This document shows, piece by piece, positions 24,232 through 35,520 of a stretch of DNA of 64,000 nt. The stretch comes from Ginglymostoma cirratum (Eukaryota): contig JAHRHZ010000267.1 of NCBI GenBank assembly GCA_024137785.1, positions 14,149,454-14,213,453 on the forward strand, written 5' to 3'. Both the position numbers and the translations under genes were made by a program. A model generated the notes under the pieces. That model saw nothing but the letters and a program-made list of their open reading frames with translations, searched no databases and was not told where the DNA came from. Positions within the stretch are counted from its first letter, which is position 1, and every line of letters starts with the position of its first letter.

Positions 24232-26130
24232 TGTAGTGATTGTAGCAAGGTCAGCCAGGTGGACCTCGTAGAATATAGTTCCCTGGTTGGGACTGTAAAC
24301 CTGGTCCAATCTGGGAGCTCTGGCTGACAGATATAAACAGAAGTGGCAGAGGTTCTTATCACTCTGACTGCTGGCTGTGAGGGAGCTGGATCAGTGTCAA
24401 GGACTCTCCACATGTCAACAAAGGGCATCTTGGTGATGGGAGTTATTTCAGTGGCAATGGGAGAAAAAAAAATGCTTCAGAAGCAACTCGCTGACAATAG
24501 TCATCTTTGAGTTGGGGTAAGCATTCGTGGCATCATGCCATTATTTGGTAAGCTTGATTCGTTGAATCCTGCTGTCAATGACTGGACCCAGTATGTGGAA
24601 AAAATGTTTTTTTTTTAGCCAAATGACACTGGGGGCGTATGAAAAACAACAAGTAATTCTCTTGATCGCTCGGAGACCACAGCTTTTTCATTCATTTGGA
24701 TCACAACATTTCCTGAGGCACCAGATACGAAACCAATCAAGAGTTGACAGATTTGGTTAAGGTATATTATGACCCCAAGCCACCTTTAATTCTGAAACGC
24801 TATAATTTTTACTCAGCAGTTTGAGAACCAGGGAAATCCTTATGGGGATTTTCGATGAGGTTGATGCCTAATAGAGGCATGTGACTTTGGTTTAAACCTT
24901 AATGAGATGCTGAGAGACCATTTAGTACATGGGATTAATGATGTAACCATGCAAAAGTGCCTACTAACTGAAGCTCAACTGGACTTCAAACAGGCACTAC
25001 AACTGGCTTTATCATTTAAGAACGTGGCAAGTGGAGCTTGTGAGTTACAGGGTATTCCGAGGAAGTGGCCACCCTCGCCAGTATGACTGAGCTTGGGGAA
25101 CACCACTTGAGTGAATGCAATTGCGTAGCCTCACAATCAGGACATATCCTGAACAGAGGAACTCTGGGTCAGCCCACAGCAAAACCCCAAAACAAAGCCA
25201 AGCCTCAGCCAAATGGTTAATATTTTCTTCAGGATCCGGGCCAGCAAACCATTGTCGACGTTAATGGTATGCCCACTGGAGACAACAAACGAGCCCTGCT
25301 AGACCTAAATTGAGAAGAGAACTCATAGGTCGGTATCCAGGAGAGTGCACACCCTGGAAAGCCCACCTGTATCTGGCTTGGAATAATTATATTGCTGAGC
25401 AACATCCAAATCAGAACCAATCAAAATAAATTGTTACAGAGATAGTAAGAACTGCCGATACTGGAGAATCTGAGATAACAAGGTGTAGAGCTGGATGAGG
25501 ACGGCAGGCCAAGCAGCATCACAGGAGCAGGAAAGCTGACATTTTGGGTCTAGACCCTTCTTCAGAAATGATTTCACTTCTGGTTCATACCATCCGAGTA
25601 CCCTTACACCTGCTATTGAAAAACTCACCGGCAGAGAGCCTTCTCTCTCGCACCCTCGGAAATGGTCTCGTAGCCAAGACGTGGCTTTGAGGGAAGTGAA
25701 GAAGCAGCTATCATTGTCTAAAGTGTTGGCACACTGTAATCCCAAGCAAGATCTGGTGCTGACATGCGGTACCTCCTCCGTAGAGTATCGAGGTAGTGTT
25801 GGTTCACAGATGGCCCAGTGGAGAGGAACGCCCAATAGCATATGCTTCCCAGACTTTGGCTGATGCAAATACGCACAAATAGAGAAGGAAGGTTCGGCGA
25901 TCATCTTTAGTATGAGAAAGTTCCACCAATACCTTTACGGATGTAAACAGCTAGTGGTGATGGGGGAAACAAAAGGGCCATCACAACCAGAGCTGAAACC
26001 TTTTCAGACCCAATGAGACCAGATCGCTGTAGAGGACAGCATTTTATTATGGGCAGCAAGAGTGATTGTCCCGAGTCAAGTAAGGTGCTGGACTTTGGCT
26101 GAACACCACCAGGGTCATCCAGGGGTTTAA
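24232..26130 (+). mobile_element. Gypsy (Mag-like) LTR retrotransposon remnant: 5' LTR 24232-24450, then gag and pol fragments
   Basis: TG...CA LTR followed by PBS-like TGGC. gag starts MPLFGKLDSL.PAVNDWTQYVEKM at 24535 and includes EMLRDHLVHGINDVTMQKCLLTEAQLDFKQALQLA. RT/RNase H linker PLHLLLK...W...ALREVKKQL...VLAH.NPK.DLVLTC. Multiple frameshifts and deletions. Confidence 0.8.
25437..25567 (-). mobile_element. Family A hammerhead-bearing Penelope-derived element (single arm) nested in the Gypsy remnant
   Basis: Near-identical to 11625-11755. Minus strand CTGAAGA-A-GGGTCTAGACCC-AAAA-TGTC (GAAA mutated). Confidence 0.8.
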
Positions 26131-26689
26131 CCAATGCCCCTTGGCCCACATCTCCTTTTGAGCCATGAGCTATGCATAACTAGGACACAGGCCCTTATCT
26201 GTTCCATGTTCCTCCTTTTGTATCTTCTCACTCCCTATTTGGGCCCCCTTAGTCAATGAAAAGTTAAGGAGCAGCCTTCACTCAAGCATTGACCATGAAA
26301 GCTTTGTTTGAAGTTGTTTGAAGCCACTGATACTCCACATTAGAAGGTGGACAGTGGGCAAGAGATGCAAGGGTACTGTGTTTCACTAAGTAAGATCTGC
26401 TTAACTTGGCCACACAAGCTAGAAATTGTAGAGAGTCTTTTCTTGGAGCCATGAAAACCTGATCAAATCTGGAGCCCAAGAAGTCAGTTCCTATTGTTGC
26501 ACTTAAAATGATTGTCCAAGACAAATGGCAGGGCTTTTCAATTTTCATTTTTTGAAAAAAAAATTCCAGTTAATGTAAATGTTCAAGCATCCTCTGTCCA
26601 TGGTGCTGGATCAGAATAATTTTGTGAAAAATTTGAAAGGAGGAGATTGTGGAAATTGGGTCAGTAATCCCTAGGGTTTAGGAAAACAA

Positions 26690-27080
26690 GGGATGATCTT
26701 ATTGAAACAAACAAAAACATGTTTTAACATGCAAAACAAAGAACTCAACAGGGTCGATACAGAAAGGATGAATCTTCTGGCTGGGGAAAGCAGCCCCGAG
26801 GAGACACAATGTCAAATAAGGGGGAGTCAGTTTAGGATTGAGAAGTGGAAGAATGTCTTCTATCAGAAGGTACAGAATCTTTGGAATTCTCTATCCCAAA
26901 GGGCTGTGGAAACCCAGCTATTGAGGATGTGGAAGACAGAGATTGCTGGACACCTAGATACTAAATGACATCGACAGATATGAAGATAACATGGGAAAAT
27001 GGAATTGAGGTAGATTATCATAGCCAGGATCTAGAGCAGGCTGGATGGGCTGAATGGTACACACTGCCTCTATTCCAAAT
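26690..27080 (+). mobile_element. CR1 3' end fragment
   Basis: LNRVDTERM...FYQKVQNLWNSLSQRAVE in the ORF track, followed by a CR1-type tail. Confidence 0.75.
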
Positions 27081-29262
27081 GTAATCTCCTATTTTCTGAC
27101 TCACCTGAGATTGAGAACCTTGTAGCTAGACTCAAGTTGGGACTTAATGGGACTAAGTACCAGAACAGGAAGTTTACTTATCATTGAGCAATCAGAAGAT
27201 CATGAAATGTTTTTTTCCCACTTGAACCTGCTCTCATGATCTGAATTTTTTTACATATATTTGAGCCCTTGCTTAAAACTAAAATAATAATAACAATAAC
27301 TTCAGCATCCACTCAGGGGAATGCAAAATGATTTTTAGTCTTTAGGATGCAAAAAAAAGATTGTGTTCTAGAATAACACTGGTGTGGGTGCTATTTTGTT
27401 GAATAAATTTATGGAAAGTTTTGAACAAGGCAATTTCAGATTCAGCTTAAACTCTCCGTTTCTCCGCTGAATGACTGTAAATTTTTCATGTAGCAACTGT
27501 AAACCGGTAGAAACACACTGCTCCCCAGACCGTTAATGAATCCAGATGTTTCCCAAGCAAACTAAAGTAAAATTCTTAATAAGCCATATTATTTATTTCA
27601 AGGCTACAATCCTCCCTGAACACTCTGAATGCAAGATGTCTTTGCTTGTCAACTGGAATGCATTTTGAATCTCTTGTCAGATATAATTAACCTTCTGCTT
27701 TCTCAGGCAGCTATAATACTTTTTGTACAAAGTGGGCTGGTGAATAAGACTAGGCAAACTGCTGGCTACCGCACTGACTCTGTGCTGCACTTGATAATTT
27801 ACAATGCAGACAGGTCATGAAGGATCCTGTTTCTACAGTAACACATCTCACCTCAACATTCTAAATTATAACAGATCGGAAGTGGGATGAAACGTTTGAG
27901 CTGGTGACTTTGCCATAAACTGCACTAAAAAGTACCGTTCCATTCTCATTGCTCCAATCACGTTTACCAAGCATTGGGCTGGATGTATTTTACGCAAATG
28001 GACTTCATCTGAGCCTCACTATCAACAATGACAGGGGACATGTAACTGGATTTATCAGAGCAGTTGTCCATCCACCTTCCCTCTCCAATTAGCCGCAGTG
28101 TTCAATGGCAACCCAACCAGCAATGAATTCACAGAGAATTCATGGAGGACAGGACAGTCAGACTTGTTAGAGGATATAAAGGTGGGTACAGGAGATCACC
28201 TGCCCCTTACAGCCCCCCAGCCTGATCCTCCTGGCAATTGGCATTACAGGTAAATAAAATCAGGAACAGTGTACAACAAGCTGCTGACCCACTAGTGCCA
28301 GTTTGACACTCCTCGCAGAATTGGCAACACCTACAGTGTTGGAAGATCGAATTTCACGCAATCTTAAGGTTGCACTCCCAGTGAGATTCTGACAAATCCC
28401 AATGAGGAATGGACTGGAGGAGCATATTAAACCACTTAGAAAAACATCTCAAGTGTGAAACATTCAGTACAAATCACAATTACCAACAACAGTGAGAAAA
28501 TATCAATGCTGGAGGAGGGGAGTAATGACCTACATGTATTTGTGTGTGGGTGTGTAACTATCTTCCTCCTCCATTGGCTACCTTAATTACAGGCTCTATC
28601 CCTCATTGTAAACCCTGTGTAAAAAGCATCTTGCAAGATTTTTATTATAAACAATAGTATAGATATGATGTTCTATCATGAAGGTTGTGGCAGAAGGATA
28701 TGCCATGCATTACGTTCTCATCTGAAGTATCACTTCTCATTCATCATTTATAAACAATCTAACCTGAAAATAAAGTCAATTATCTCCATCTGATTTTTTA
28801 AAAATTGCTACTTTCCTACTTAAAGCTAATCTATATCCCGCAGCAGGCATCCAGTAACAGTGGATTTTATTTTAACCAAGCTCAGGTAGACAGGAGGTCA
28901 CTCGTCGGCCAAGTTTGAAAATACAGAATTGAGATGAAAATGACAAGGCCTGAAGATTAGAAATAGTGTAGTTTTAACACAAATAATTTGTAGAATGATG
29001 GATTTGAGCGTATAAGCTAAATTTGCTTTGCCGTATTTAGCAACAGCCACCCTTTACAGGTTGGGGGAAGGAGATTCATTGGAGAAAAGGAAAATGACCT
29101 CTCGACTTTGATATATTTTGACACAGTGTGATATTTGGCAATATATTTTTGATGGGTTTCGACGTGAAGCAATGTGTATTGCAATGCATTTCTTTTCCAT
29201 AAGGAGAGCATTATCTGATACTGCTAGGCATGACAATAAATCAGTATTGCTTCACACTCCAG

Positions 29263-29435
29263 TAGTTCCACATTCAAGGACCTGGAAAGAAACAGTCTCA
29301 AGGACAGTGGACATGAAGAAAGTGACCAGACTGACAGCGAGCATGATACGCATCGGGGCCTCTATTGCGACACAGCTATCAATGAAGTGCTAAATACAAC
29401 TCACAATTCCACTGGTTCTCAGGTACCTGATCAAG
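29263..29435 (+). CDS. pcdh19: Protocadherin-19 internal coding exon (173 bp; equivalent to human exon 5) with the delta-protocadherin CM1 motif
   Basis: Acceptor cactccAG and donor AAG|GTAAG. Translates (S)[57 protein letters not shown](D). Phase 2/1 joins both neighbouring exons in frame. Confidence 0.96.
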
Positions 29436-29994
29436 GTAAGATGATTAAAGCAATGTTGCTACAGTCTCTAAAGAATTGGCAGGTACAATGCATTTCTTCT
29501 TTTGAGAACACTGTTACCAGTCAAGATATGTTCTATATTTGTTTATTTACCTTTGATTTATTGAGAGGTATTTCTTGCTCAACAAAACTTTGTTCAAGTT
29601 AAATAATGTATGAGGTGCCCTTTGCACTATTTTAATTTGAATTCACCGATAATTTAAATTAAGTAATTTAGCATTTCGACTAGAGGTCCAATTTCCTGGG
29701 CTAATATGTGAAATGTTTTCATTAAATTCAAATAAAAATATTTGTTGTGAATATTTTAAAATATATACTTTATACATTAACACTTGTAAAGCAGATTGGT
29801 AATTCACTTGGAATTGTTAAAATGATAGTTTTTACAAGATTTGCATCAAGCTATTGTTCCAGGGTTCAAGGCTTTGTGTTTTCCCTTCAATCAAATGATT
29901 TGTCATCAAAATTCACTTTTCATTTTGTCACACTGCTTCAGGCTATTTCAGTGTTATTTGATAGTTTTTTTTGTTCACTGAAACTGTACCTTTA

Positions 29995-30300
29995 ATTATA
30001 TTTTTCATTTGTTCTTGGGATATGGGTGACACCCACAAGACTCCATTTATCGCCTGCCTCTTTTTGCCACTGAGAGTGGAATGGCCCTTCTCTATGAACT
30101 GCTGCACTGTTTGTGGAGATCATGCTCCCACAATAGAGTTAGAAAGTAACATCCAGGATATTGTTCCAGCAAATGGAAAGAGCGACACTTGTCAAAGTCA
30201 GGATTGTGAGTGACTTGAACATGGAGATGTTGATATCCCCAAGACATGTTGCTGTTGCCCTTGGTGGAACAGGGCACAGAGAAGGAAATGCTGTAGAAGT
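29995..30300 (-). mobile_element. LINE 3' end fragment (CR1-clade family also at 52310)
   Basis: ttcatttgttcttgggatatggg...catttatcgcc, colinear with 52310-52620. Confidence 0.5.
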
Positions 30301-30899
30301 ATCTTATTTTTGTTAATATGAATTGAGAATTTGTAAGCTATTTGCTTTTATGAGACCAACATGCACAAGAGTATTGTAGATAATTTAGCGGAGGTTACCC
30401 GGGAGTAAAGATTATGATTTTTTTTGTTAAAATATGATATTAAGCAGACTGTGCAAATTTTAGCCTTTGGATCATTTTTGTTTGAGTATTATCTGATACA
30501 TATGGTGAAGTTAAATTAAGAAAGCTAATTTTCCCAGCTATCTCAATGAAAAAAGAGAAAACTCATTTGGTTTTGACATGTCTGCATCAATGTGCTTCTA
30601 TAGTATATCACCATTCTCACTTAATTTATCAACAACAATATCAGTGTGAGTCCTGCAAAATCTGGCAGGCCAGATGTAAATGTGTTATTTCAGACATGTA
30701 GATATCTAATACTTAAGGATGAATATCAAAGCCTTGGAAATGATATTGAGATTACTAGAATCATACCAAGAATGAGGAACCTCAGCAATCAGGAAACACC
30801 AGGGAAGCTGTTTTGTCTTCCTGAGAACAGAGAGGCTCAGGGCAGGTTTACTACAATGTCAACTGGTTTATATGGTGTCATTTTTAACAATGTCCTAAG

Positions 30900-31560
30900 G
30901 TTCTTCTCAGGTGTGTAAATGGATTAGCATTTCATGCTGGGCCACATAAGAAATTATTCAGAAAATAACCAAAAGCTTGAACAAAGATTTTAAGGATTGC
31001 TTAAAACGTGGAAAGGTAAACAGAGAGGGTTTCAGAGTGAATTCTGGAGTTTAGGAGCTTGACAACTGAAAGCACACTTCTCTGGAGAGGAGAGCTGAAA
31101 ATAGAGGATGTTCAAAAGACTCAAGTTAGAGAGACATCGAAGTCTCAGGATGCCTTATAGTTAGAAGGGAATGCAGAGATATAAAAGACTGTGCCACTGG
31201 AGCGATTTGAAAAGAAGGCTGAAAATTTTAACATTAAGAAGATGCATAACTTGGAGTCAGTAATGTTTAAGGTTATGAGTTAGGAGATGGACATCAGAAC
31301 CTTTAATGAGTTAGGTTCATGGAGGCGAGAATGACAAAAGGTGGCCTGGCCTGCACTGGAAGAGCCCAGTCTAGAGGTAACTAAGGCATGGATGAGTGTT
31401 TCAGCATGGGATGAACTGAGTCGAGATAAGTGTGTGACGTTATAGAAGTGGAGGTAAGCAGTCTTGGTAATGGGGCAGGTATGTGGTTAGACGTTCAACT
31501 CAGGTTCAAATATGACTGTTGTGAAGAGTCTAATTCAGCTTCAGACTCGGAGGAGGATGG
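30900..31560 (-). mobile_element. L2 LINE 3' region, decayed
   Basis: Reverse-oriented L2-like ORF2 end (agtctagaggtaactaaggcatggatgag reads LIHALVTSRL on the minus strand). Confidence 0.65.
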
Positions 31561-31562
31561 AG

Positions 31563-31802
31563 TCAAAAACAAAATATTGTGGATGCTGGAGACCTGAGAT
31601 AAAAGCAAAAGAGTGTTGAAGAAACTCAGTAGGTCTGGCAGCATCTGTAGAAAAATAAAATTAGCATTTCTAGTCTTTGAAACTGGTGACTTCACACTTG
31701 CCAAAGATGAATGAGGTGGAATTGAAATGTTAATTGTTCAATGCTGTCTCCACAGATGCTGATAGTTCAGCTGAGTTTCTCCAGCACTTTCTGTTCCTAT
31801 TT
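31563..31802. mobile_element. Old family B fold-back element
   Basis: Inverted arms gaagaaactcagtaggtctggcagcatctgtag / ccacagatgctgatagttcagctgagtttctccagcac; hammerhead cores eroded. Confidence 0.65.
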
Positions 31803-32093
31803 AAAAGGATAGATTGATAGGGAGTGGAATTTTTAAGAAGAGGCATTTTCACAATTATATGATTTTTGCTACAGTATTTAAAAAGAAACTATTATCACTG
31901 ATGAATTCCATGGTGACCAGAGGGTACAGATTTAAGTCAGTTACCCAAAGAGGAGAGTAGACAACTTTTTACTGAGAATTGTTATGGCCTCGATTGGGTG
32001 ACAGGAAAAAATTCAGTAGTAACTTCCAAACTGGAATTGGATGTACACTGGCAGGGCTGTGGAGAAAGAGCAGGACAATAGGATCAGTTGATT

Positions 32094-32153
32094 CAGAGAT
32101 AAAAAGTACTGCAGATGCTGGAGATCCGAGATAGCAAGGTGTGGGGCTGGATG
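32094..32153 (-). mobile_element. 60-bp 5'-truncated family A insertion inside a decayed CR1 tail
   Basis: Perfect 17-bp TSD aataggatcagttgatt at 32077-32093 and 32154-32170. Confidence 0.85.
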
Positions 32154-33574
32154 AATAGGATCAGTTGATTAACGCTTTTAGACAAAAGATGCAATGGCTC
32201 AATTGGTCTTTCTCTGTGTTGTAAGACTCTATGATATGATTGGTTATCTATTGTCTCACCATGTCATTGGTCTGCTGCAGTGCGCTGTCGATCTGTCTGT
32301 AATTAACACTGACATGTCTGACATCAGGTAACATTTTATGATGATCACATTCTTGAATCTCCCCTGAATTCTCAGTATGCAGCCAAGATATCAGCTGTTT
32401 CATTGTCTTATTGCTTCCATACTTCATTGAATTTGAGTTCAAATTAAGCAAAGGAATGCACTTTCCCTATATCCAGACAATGTTTTAAAACTACATTTTT
32501 CACCTTATTTGATTGCATTTCCCCTTGAAGAATGGTTATTTTAAGACCTAGCTTGCAGAAGATGTCAATTAACGTATATCAAACATTGGACCAACAGGGA
32601 ATGATTCCACTGAAGTTCCCATAGCAAATGTACTGTTGTCCATGGAAATGTCTACATCGGGAAATTACAAATAAAACAAATTCTTGCCTCTGTGCTTCAT
32701 ATATAATTAAGAGCAGCTTAGGAGTATCTTACATAGTTGAAATTTTCCTTACTGTCAGCTCATCTGCGATCACAATGAACAGGTGGGTCAAACCCAGACT
32801 CTCTTGCTATCATTGGCTTACCCCACAATACACAATGCACAGACTAAATCAGTCATTGAGACCAGTTATTACAGATAAGAGAAGGTGGTTTGCTCAGTTG
32901 ACTGGGTAGCTAGATGTGAATTGCATTCAAGCCAACAGCATGGAGGTTGGTCCCTGTTCCAGCTGAGATAGACTTGGGGTTTGGCTCCCTATCCACCTGT
33001 AGTACAAAATGATGATTCAGCAAACAATCGCCAAAGACCTGTCTTTAAACATGGAATTAAAGATGACAAGAAATAACTCATTTTATATGGCAAATTATCT
33101 GAAAGTGATTTCCCATGTGCTATAACATCTCCTTTGGCTGATCCATGGATACTTTCTTAGCAAGCTCACAGCTAACAGCAAACAAAAGCACTCTGGAATT
33201 TGAACCAAAAGCACATTTGCAGTGCTTTCACACTATGCCGACAAGTTGAAATTTTCATGGTAGGTTCAGCCCATTTTCCAGAGCAAAAGTAAAAATATTC
33301 ACTAAGAAACACTTGTAGGAAAACATAGTAATGATGAGAAATTGGAAATGACACAGCTATTGTTGAGATGCAGTGAATATCTTCCGGATGAGCCAAAGTA
33401 TCAAAGCCTTGAGGTCAACAGCACAAGTCCTATAGGAACCATGATATGCATTTTACACAAAATATGGGAAACAAGGGTTTCTTTAAGCTTATCTAAATGT
33501 GATAGGTTAGGTGAGTGAATCCACAGGAATACCAAATTAATTGCAATTATTTCCAGTTTGAATTTCCTATGACC

Positions 33575-33735
33575 ATAGATCATAGAATCATAGAATCCTT
33601 ACAGTGTGGAAACAGGCCCTTCAGCCCAACAAGTCCACACTGACCCTTGGAGCAACCCACCCAGATCCCTAATCTACACATCCCTGAACACTACGGGCAA
33701 TTTAGCATGGCCAATCCACCTAGCCTGCGCATCTT
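33575..33735 (-). mobile_element. HE1-type SINE 3' fragment
   Basis: catagaatcatagaatccttacagtgtggaaacaggccc...gcatggccaatccacctagcctgc is the reverse complement of the 9352 SINE tail. Confidence 0.8.
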
Positions 33736-33769
33736 CTGTGAAGGAATATCGAATCTCTTGAAGGCAATA

Positions 33770-34090
33770 AACAATAACAGCAATAGTCTGCAACCACGTA
33801 GGATCCTTAACCTAATAAAGCATTGTTCACATACACAGAAACAAAATTGACAGTAAACCAAAAAAGAACACATTTAACTCAGGTGTCCAAAAGCTTTTTT
33901 GGAGAGCTCAGTTTTAACAAGTGCCTTAAAAGGAGGAAAGAGAGACAGAAAGATTTTAGAAGAGAATACCAAAGCTTAGGGCTCAGAGCGAAGAAGCTAA
34001 AAGCACTACCATTAATGTATTGGGGCAAAGCGGGTGAGGGATGCACAGGAGGTTAGTGTTGGTGAAAAGCTGAGTTCTCGGAAACACCAG
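33770..34090 (-). mobile_element. L2 LINE 3' end fragment
   Basis: Colinear with 30900-31150. Confidence 0.45.
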
Positions 34091-34783
34091 AAAGAGCTTG
34101 GTGCTGAGCCAGGCTTCCTCTTGTACTATTGATTCGGATAGTGATTTTTGTGGTTCAGGTTTGGCTTCAGGCTCAACAGCCTTGGAATGAGTTCAGAATG
34201 AATCAAATATCTGCATCAAGGTTGCTTTGTTCAATGCTGATTAGCGCTGCACTAACGTGGAAGGACATACAGTTGCGTGTTGTACAAAATACAAAGAAAA
34301 ACAAAACATTTCTGAGGTTGCCCAGTTTCTACAAATTGCCAGTCAGAGCTAATGGGAAACTGTGTACAGCCTGTGGCAGAGTTTTACCTGTCAGCGTGTC
34401 ACTGACGAGTACGAGTAATAACTCTCAGAAAGGCATGCTGAGACTGCACCAACCTAAATGTGCCAGATGTCTGACATTAATCTAGTGTGTAGTATTTTGT
34501 AACAAGTTGCTCACTCGAAAAAAAAATAAAAGAAGGCATATTTTCCATACAGGAACACAGCAATTTTCCCGGTAGCTTTATCAATCGGTTTGTTACACCT
34601 TTCTGCCTATGAGTCTTTTGGAGATGGGCAATTGAGCACATTGTTAATACGGGTGATGAACATTTTTCACCTGCTGTGTGAGCTGAGAATGCATGGATAA
34701 ACTGAGGACTTTCGCTGGACTTGCGCAAGCAGCTGTATGGAGCACCAGTATAGTTTTGACCACTATTAGAACTAAAAGATTTA

Positions 34784-34917
34784 TTTAAAAACCGAAAGAA
34801 CTGCGGATGCTGTAAATCAATTCTGAGGAAGGGTCACTTGATCCAAAACGTTAACTCTGACTTCTCTCCACAGATGCAGTCAGACCTGCTGAGCTTTTCC
34901 AGCAATTTCTGTTTTTG
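34784..34917. mobile_element. Family B element: inverted 3' terminus joined to a forward hammerhead arm
   Basis: 11-bp TSD taaaagattta at 34773-34783 and 34918-34928. CTGAGGA-A-GGGTCACTTGATCC-AAAA-CGTT-AAC at 34823. Confidence 0.8.
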
Positions 34918-35293
34918 TAAAAGATTTAGTTGCTACCTTCCTCCCTTTCACCCAAATCTGAAGTCACCGGGATTATTTTTAACCATCCATGCAGTGGATA
35001 ACTATCTATTTAAACCTTTTGCAATGAATGGAAATGGAAAAGAGACAGGATGAAAAGTGGGAAGTCTAGTCCACTGCCACCCAAATGGGACCAGTTGAAA
35101 ATGATCCCTTTGAACCTTGAATCCAAGTGTTTTAATGTAAGATTATTGACACAAAAACACTGAGACAGATACAAGAAAGTCTTGGATATGTTTTTATTTC
35201 TGAATAGTGCTATATAAGCCCAAGTAATACTTTGTGTTATGGTTGCCTTCCAGAAATTTGATCTAGTTCCATGACTGTCCAGTAAAGTGGTAC

Positions 35294-35520
35294 CAAAACC
35301 AGAAATTGCTGGAGGAGCTCAACAGGTCCAGCAGCATCTGTGGAGAGAGAAGAGAGTCAATATTTTGGACCCAGTGACTCTTCTTCAGAATATCTTCTTC
35401 TCTGAACCTGAAATGTTAAATTTGCTTTCTGCACAGATGCTGCCAGACCTGCTGAGTTTCTCCAGCAATTTCTGTTTTTGTTTCAGATTTCCAGCATCCA
35501 CAGCTCTTTGTGTTTTGTTG
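35294..35520. mobile_element. Family B fold-back element (complete terminus on the right arm)
   Basis: cagaaattgctggaggagctcaacaggtccagcagcatctgtg is inverted relative to cacagatgctgccagacctgctgagtttctccagcaatttctg. Confidence 0.78.

Noticed and set aside
29421-29428. Internal donor-like AG|GTACCT in the CM1 exon
   Set aside because: Weak consensus, out of phase with the terminal exon, and a strong GTAAG donor lies 13 nt downstream.
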